A stretch of 64,000 nucleotides of DNA from Myxococcota bacterium. Its GTDB lineage: Bacteria > Myxococcota_A > SURF-8. The stretch spans positions 320,001 to 384,000 of the forward strand of contig OZ223209.1 in the NCBI GenBank assembly GCA_965140415.1. Direction: 5' to 3'. The position numbers were made by a program, and so were the translations under genes. This document shows, in pieces, positions 59,963 to 64,000 of this stretch (position 1 is its first letter; each line of letters begins with the position of its first letter). The notes below the pieces were generated by a model, which worked only from the letters and a program-made list of their open reading frames with translations, did no database searches and had not been told where the DNA came from.

Positions 59963-60891
59963 AGCCCCAACTCCTTTGTAAATTTCTTTCCATTGATATA
60001 CTTCATGGAAAAGGGGAAAAAGCGGCCATTCTGCGTCAGGGAAACTCCCGGTCCGCATTCGATTACGCGGGTAATGTTCTGGGCGTGCAAGGTCTCTACT
60101 ACATGTTGCCAGTGGATGGGTGTACTCAGGTTGGCGGCGGTAAAGCTTTTCAGCGCATCGGCATCTTGCATCAATACCTGGTCGATGGAGGAAACAACAG
60201 GGATTGAAGGATCCTGCCAGGCCAACGTATCTAAAAAGTTAGAGAATCGTACACTGGCCTCGCGCAAAAAGCCGGGATGGTGATAGGGAATGGAGACGTG
60301 CAGTTTTTCCGCCTTCAACGCATCGCGGCGCATGGCCTGTTGCAGAAAATGCTCGACATCCTCGATTTTTCCGGAAACAACCTTGCAGATATCGTTATTG
60401 GAATTGACCTGTACCACCGAGGCGAAACGCTTGTCCGAGAGCAGTTCATCGACATCCGGCTGGGTCAGTCCCACCACGATTCCCATACCGAAACGACCTT
60501 CGCCGCAGACCTCGTGCATGTCGGTATAAGCTTGTTGCAGGATTCTCAATCCATCCGAATAAGACAAGGCCCCGCTAACACATAAGGCGGCGTAGATTCC
60601 GAAACTGTAACCAGCCAACAGATCGACGGTGATCCCTCGCCTGCTCAACACGTTGAACACACCTACACTGAACGAATAGGTAAAGAACTGGCGTTGCGCT
60701 TCATTCAGTTCGTCAATACGCCCCGATTCAAGTCGTTTCGCCAGGTTCTGGCCGATCACATCACCGGCTTCTTCCAAAAGCGGTTTCAATTCCGTTTTCT
60801 GCGCGCGGTAGAAATCGGCTTCGCCTCCATACAGGCGCACTCCGACTCCGGGAAAAGCCGCCGCTGTTTTATGGTTGCCGGTATCCGTCAT
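59959..60891 (-). CDS. fabD: ACP S-malonyltransferase-like acyltransferase
   Basis: FPGVG, GYSFG, PYHH, ECGPG. Confidence 0.82.
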   Translation of the reverse strand: MTDTGNHKTAAAFPGVGVRLYGGEADFYRAQKTELKPLLEEAGDVIGQNLAKRLESGRIDELNEAQRQFFTYSFSVGVFNVLSRRGITVDLLAGYSFGIYAALCVSGALSYSDGLRILQQAYTDMHEVCGEGRFGMGIVVGLTQPDVDELLSDKRFASVVQVNSNNDICKVVSGKIEDVEHFLQQAMRRDALKAEKLHVSIPYHHPGFLREASVRFSNFLDTLAWQDPSIPVVSSIDQVLMQDADALKSFTAANLSTPIHWQHVVETLHAQNITRVIECGPGVSLTQNGRFFPFSMKYINGKKFTKELGL

Positions 60892-61999
60892 GAATCTTGA
60901 ATATGTACCCCGCCTGCATGAACTTACTGACTTCCGTAACGAAACTCGCCACCCGATCTCCTACCGACAACGCTTCCTCGCGCACGATCCGATCCAGGCA
61001 GATCAGCGCCATGGGCGGACCGCTGTAGCCGAATTCGTGTAATTTCGTGTAGAAACGTTTTTTCGGTAAACCGATTGCCTCGAACTCATCCATTACCGAT
61101 TCCACAATATGCTTGGAAGGCAGGTTGACCTGGAACAGCTTGATGTTCCCGATGTCCGTATTTCCCGCCTGTAGCATTCGCTTGAAACCCTTGAAGAAAA
61201 TGGAACCGTCCTTTTCGTTGAAAATTTCCGTAGATAAGGCATTACGGAAATTCTGGCGCAGATGATGTGCCGCCTGCTCGAATTCCTCCACCGGATTCAT
61301 CCAGTAGGCCGGTCGATAATTGTACATCAACGACGGGCGCTTGCCACCCACCGATTCGATATAACTCTGCTCCAACTCGAATCCCTTGGAGCGCTGGATA
61401 TCATCGGTCAACAGGATCGCCCCTGCGCCGTCACACAGAAACCAGCGTAAAAACAACGACTCGCGGTCCAGTTTCTGCTGATTGTAGTACTCGGCCCGAA
61501 GTTCGGAGGAACTGACACTGGAGGAAAGCACTAGCGCGGTGTGGTTCTGGCCGCTGCGAATTAATTGGTGGGCCAGATACAGCGCCTTGTATGCGGAAGT
61601 ACAATTGGCGTGGATGGAGAACTCGCTACAGGCTTCGATGCCCAGTTCTTCCTGGATGCGAGCGGAAGCGGTCGGCATCTGATCCTGATGAGCGGATCCG
61701 TAGCAGATCAAATCCACGTCCTCGGCTTGCATCCCCGCCGCGTTCAACGCCGCCTGGGCCGCTTTGACCGACATGCTGATGTTGTCGTCGGTGAAGCTGC
61801 GTGTTTCCGGGTCCAGTGCGTAATGATACTGTTTGATATCCAATAGTTCCCGCATGACTTCATGGGTGCGGGCGATCCAGCGTTGGATAGCCGGGGGCGC
61901 TTCCGTCAGTTTGCCCAGCACCGCTTCGATGCCATCGAAAGGAACCGGCTCACCGGGAAGATAACTGCCACTGCCTGCTATGTATACCGAGGAACTCAT
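60869..61999 (-). CDS. Ketosynthase III-like (FabH/DarB/StlD-like) enzyme
   Basis: GSYLPG, ANCTS, CDGAGA, FVTEVSKF. Confidence 0.82.
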   Translation of the reverse strand: MSSSVYIAGSGSYLPGEPVPFDGIEAVLGKLTEAPPAIQRWIARTHEVMRELLDIKQYHYALDPETRSFTDDNISMSVKAAQAALNAAGMQAEDVDLICYGSAHQDQMPTASARIQEELGIEACSEFSIHANCTSAYKALYLAHQLIRSGQNHTALVLSSSVSSSELRAEYYNQQKLDRESLFLRWFLCDGAGAILLTDDIQRSKGFELEQSYIESVGGKRPSLMYNYRPAYWMNPVEEFEQAAHHLRQNFRNALSTEIFNEKDGSIFFKGFKRMLQAGNTDIGNIKLFQVNLPSKHIVESVMDEFEAIGLPKKRFYTKLHEFGYSGPPMALICLDRIVREEALSVGDRVASFVTEVSKFMQAGYIFKIHDGYRQP

Positions 62000-62011
62000 T
62001 GACTTCCTGTT

Positions 62012-63238
62012 CTAACGTCTTGCTTCATGCCGGGAAAAGACCAGCACGCCATTGTGACCGCCGAAAGCGAACGAATTGGAAAGCACGTGCTGCAAGTTCG
62101 CCGCCCGTGGTGCGTCGCATACGAAATCCAGTTCAAAGCCATCGTCCGGTTGATGTAGATGCCAGGTGGGCGGAATCACTTGTTCCTGCAAGACTTTTAC
62201 GCAGATCACCGCTTCGACTCCCGCCGCCGCACTCAAGCAGTGCCCGGTCAGCGATTTCGTGGAAGAAACCGGCGGACTGTTTTTCTCTTCTGCATAAAGA
62301 TGAGTGATCGCCTGTACTTCGTACAAATCATTCAGGCGCGTGGAGGTGCCATGCGCATTGATGTAGTCGATCTGTCCCGGCTGCAACCCGGCCTGTTCGA
62401 TTGCCAATCGCATCGCCCGCGCCATGCTCTTGCCCTCGGGTTCGGGCGAAATAATGTTGTAGCTTTCCGAACACAACCCCGGCCTGGACAACTCTGCGTG
62501 AATGCGTGCGCCGCGCTTTTGAGCGTGTTCCAATGATTCCAGCACCAGCATGCCGGCACCTTCTCCCAAGACGAAACCGGTGCGCGTTTTATCGAAAGGA
62601 CGCGAGGCGCTTTGCATGTGTTCCACATCTTCTGATAACGCCATCAACGAGCAGAAACCTTGTACATCCAGATAACTTATGGCGCTGTCCGCTGCGCCGC
62701 TGACGACGATGTCGCATTGCCCGGAAGTGATCAGACCGTGGGCGGCATGCAGGGCGTATGCACCGGACGAACAGGCGGTGCTCACCACAAACGACGGTCC
62801 CCTGAACTTGTGACTCAAGCTGATCCAGGCCGCAGGTGCACTGGCCATATTCTTTAAAATGCGATGAGGGTCCGATTCCTCGGTTTGCGGAGCATAGCCG
62901 GTGCCGGTACCGCCGACGATAACTCCGATTCGGTCAGTATCGACGTCTTCCGGGTTGATTCCCGCGTCTTCAATCGCCATTTGAGCGCAGGTAACGGCAA
63001 TTTTCGTGCCGCGCGTCATCTGACTGCGCTTGCGTTTTTTAATCGATCGACCGAATAGCTCTTCGGCCTGTTCCGGTAATTCAATACCGAAAGGGGAAGG
63101 CAGATCCTGTGGATCGAACAGTTTAAACCGGCGGACCGGACTATTCCCCTGTAATAATCCGTTCCAAGTGGTTTGCAGATCCAGTCCCAGCCCGGTCATC
63201 AGTCCCAGGCCAGTCACCGCAACACGTGAGTGGGTCAT
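62012..63238 (-). CDS. fabF: Beta-ketoacyl-ACP synthase II
   Basis: STACSSG, SRPFD, HGTST, KSLTGH, NSFAFGGHN. Confidence 0.93.
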   Translation of the reverse strand: MTHSRVAVTGLGLMTGLGLDLQTTWNGLLQGNSPVRRFKLFDPQDLPSPFGIELPEQAEELFGRSIKKRKRSQMTRGTKIAVTCAQMAIEDAGINPEDVDTDRIGVIVGGTGTGYAPQTEESDPHRILKNMASAPAAWISLSHKFRGPSFVVSTACSSGAYALHAAHGLITSGQCDIVVSGAADSAISYLDVQGFCSLMALSEDVEHMQSASRPFDKTRTGFVLGEGAGMLVLESLEHAQKRGARIHAELSRPGLCSESYNIISPEPEGKSMARAMRLAIEQAGLQPGQIDYINAHGTSTRLNDLYEVQAITHLYAEEKNSPPVSSTKSLTGHCLSAAAGVEAVICVKVLQEQVIPPTWHLHQPDDGFELDFVCDAPRAANLQHVLSNSFAFGGHNGVLVFSRHEARR

Positions 63239-63327
63239 TTGTCCTGTGTCCTGTTCAAACGAAAAACCCGCCGAATCGATATTTACCGATCAACGGACAA
63301 CATTGGGGGCCACGGAATTATGAGTAT

Positions 63328-63735
63328 TCATTCCGTCCCGAACACGTACACGATTACTGCGATTTCCTTTGATGGTAATTCATCTTGAAGAATTTTGAAA
63401 ACGCTTTTTGTAATTCCACTTTGTTTTTCGAACTCTGGTGAAAATTCGATTGTCTGTAAGGATTCGTCGTGCTTCGGAAACACCTGAACTTCCAGGAAAT
63501 CATACGACTCACCAAACGACTTAACTAACGCTTCCTTCACACAAAACGCCACACAGAACTTCCAGGCCGCTTCACTGCCGGATTGTATGTATTGGATTTC
63601 CCGGTCGTTGAACAGCAGAGGAAACGGGCGGGAATCTTGCGCTAGAAGTTTTTCGAAACGATCGACGCTTTCTGCATCGATACCACAACGAAGCAGTGGC
63701 TTCGAAGCTTTAAAACTCCATGTTAACGATGTCAT
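63328..63735 (-). CDS. AcpS-type 4'-phosphopantetheinyl transferase-like protein
   Basis: CGIDAESVDRF, FNDRE, FCVKEALVKS. Confidence 0.75.
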   Translation of the reverse strand: MTSLTWSFKASKPLLRCGIDAESVDRFEKLLAQDSRPFPLLFNDREIQYIQSGSEAAWKFCVAFCVKEALVKSFGESYDFLEVQVFPKHDESLQTIEFSPEFEKQSGITKSVFKILQDELPSKEIAVIVYVFGTE

Positions 63736-64000
63736 TGCCGTATTTGACGATCTGCAAGGTCATTTCCATCACTTCACCGATCGTGTTGGCAGGTTTGCTC
63801 ATCAGATGTTTTCCAAGGGTTTTCAACTCGATGGTCAATCCGTATTTCTTACGGAAAATTTCCAGCAGAGAAAGCAGCATCAACGAGTCACCCTCTAAAT
63901 CCACGATGATGTCGGTTTGATCGGTAATTTCACTTTTATCGATATCGCATTCTTCCGAAAAGTAATCGAACACAATCTCGCGGATGTCATCCCTGATTTC
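63710..64000 (-). CDS. Acyl carrier protein (start lies beyond the window)
   Basis: Frame open to the window edge (EIRDDIREIVFDYF...), DLEGDSL phosphopantetheine Ser. Confidence 0.88.
   Translation of the reverse strand, partial: EIRDDIREIVFDYFSEECDIDKSEITDQTDIIVDLEGDSLMLLSLLEIFRKKYGLTIELKTLGKHLMSKPANTIGEVMEMTLQIVKYGNDIVNMEF

Noticed and set aside
57028-63238. Canonical polyketide beta-branching cassette
   Set aside because: The KS keeps its active Cys and the KSIII-like protein lacks recognisable HMG-CoA synthase motifs

Overview
Bacterial chromosomal window, moderately GC-rich, with gene content typical of Myxococcota/deltaproteobacteria: three sigma54 enhancer-binding proteins, paired ArsA-like ATPases, acidic DGD-linker lipoproteins and an AgmX/PglI-like C-terminal domain. 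Housekeeping blocks are maf-yggS-yggT-divIVA-yggU-peptidase, dapA-dapB-dapL-folK-tal/fsa-slyD, Rrf2-cysK and yicC-gmk-rel-ridA. No rRNA, tRNA, CRISPR array, transposase or integrase was recognised. The two strongest candidates for undescribed systems are: (1) a translationally coupled operon at 17972-22004 (DUF5989/SxtK-like peptide, cobalamin-dependent radical SAM, an unannotated 57-aa membrane peptide, PP-loop ATPase, SGNH-TPR hydrolase) lacking the carbamoyltransferase usually found with DUF5989; (2) a type II FAS/PKS-like cluster at 55691-64000 (ACP, two AcpS-like proteins, FabF, a KSIII with non-canonical catalytic residues, FabD, 3-hydroxyacyl dehydrogenase, two enoyl hydratases, cobalamin radical SAM) that runs off the window edge. 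Also notable are intergenic hairpins with one shared loop but different stems (30825-30921), two REP/REPIN-like repeat families, several probable pseudo-enzymes, a Rel with a degenerate hydrolase domain, an amphi-Trp/PhoU-kinase pair without its usual partners, and a WYL regulator with a candidate operator. All family calls come from motif recognition by eye, not database searches.
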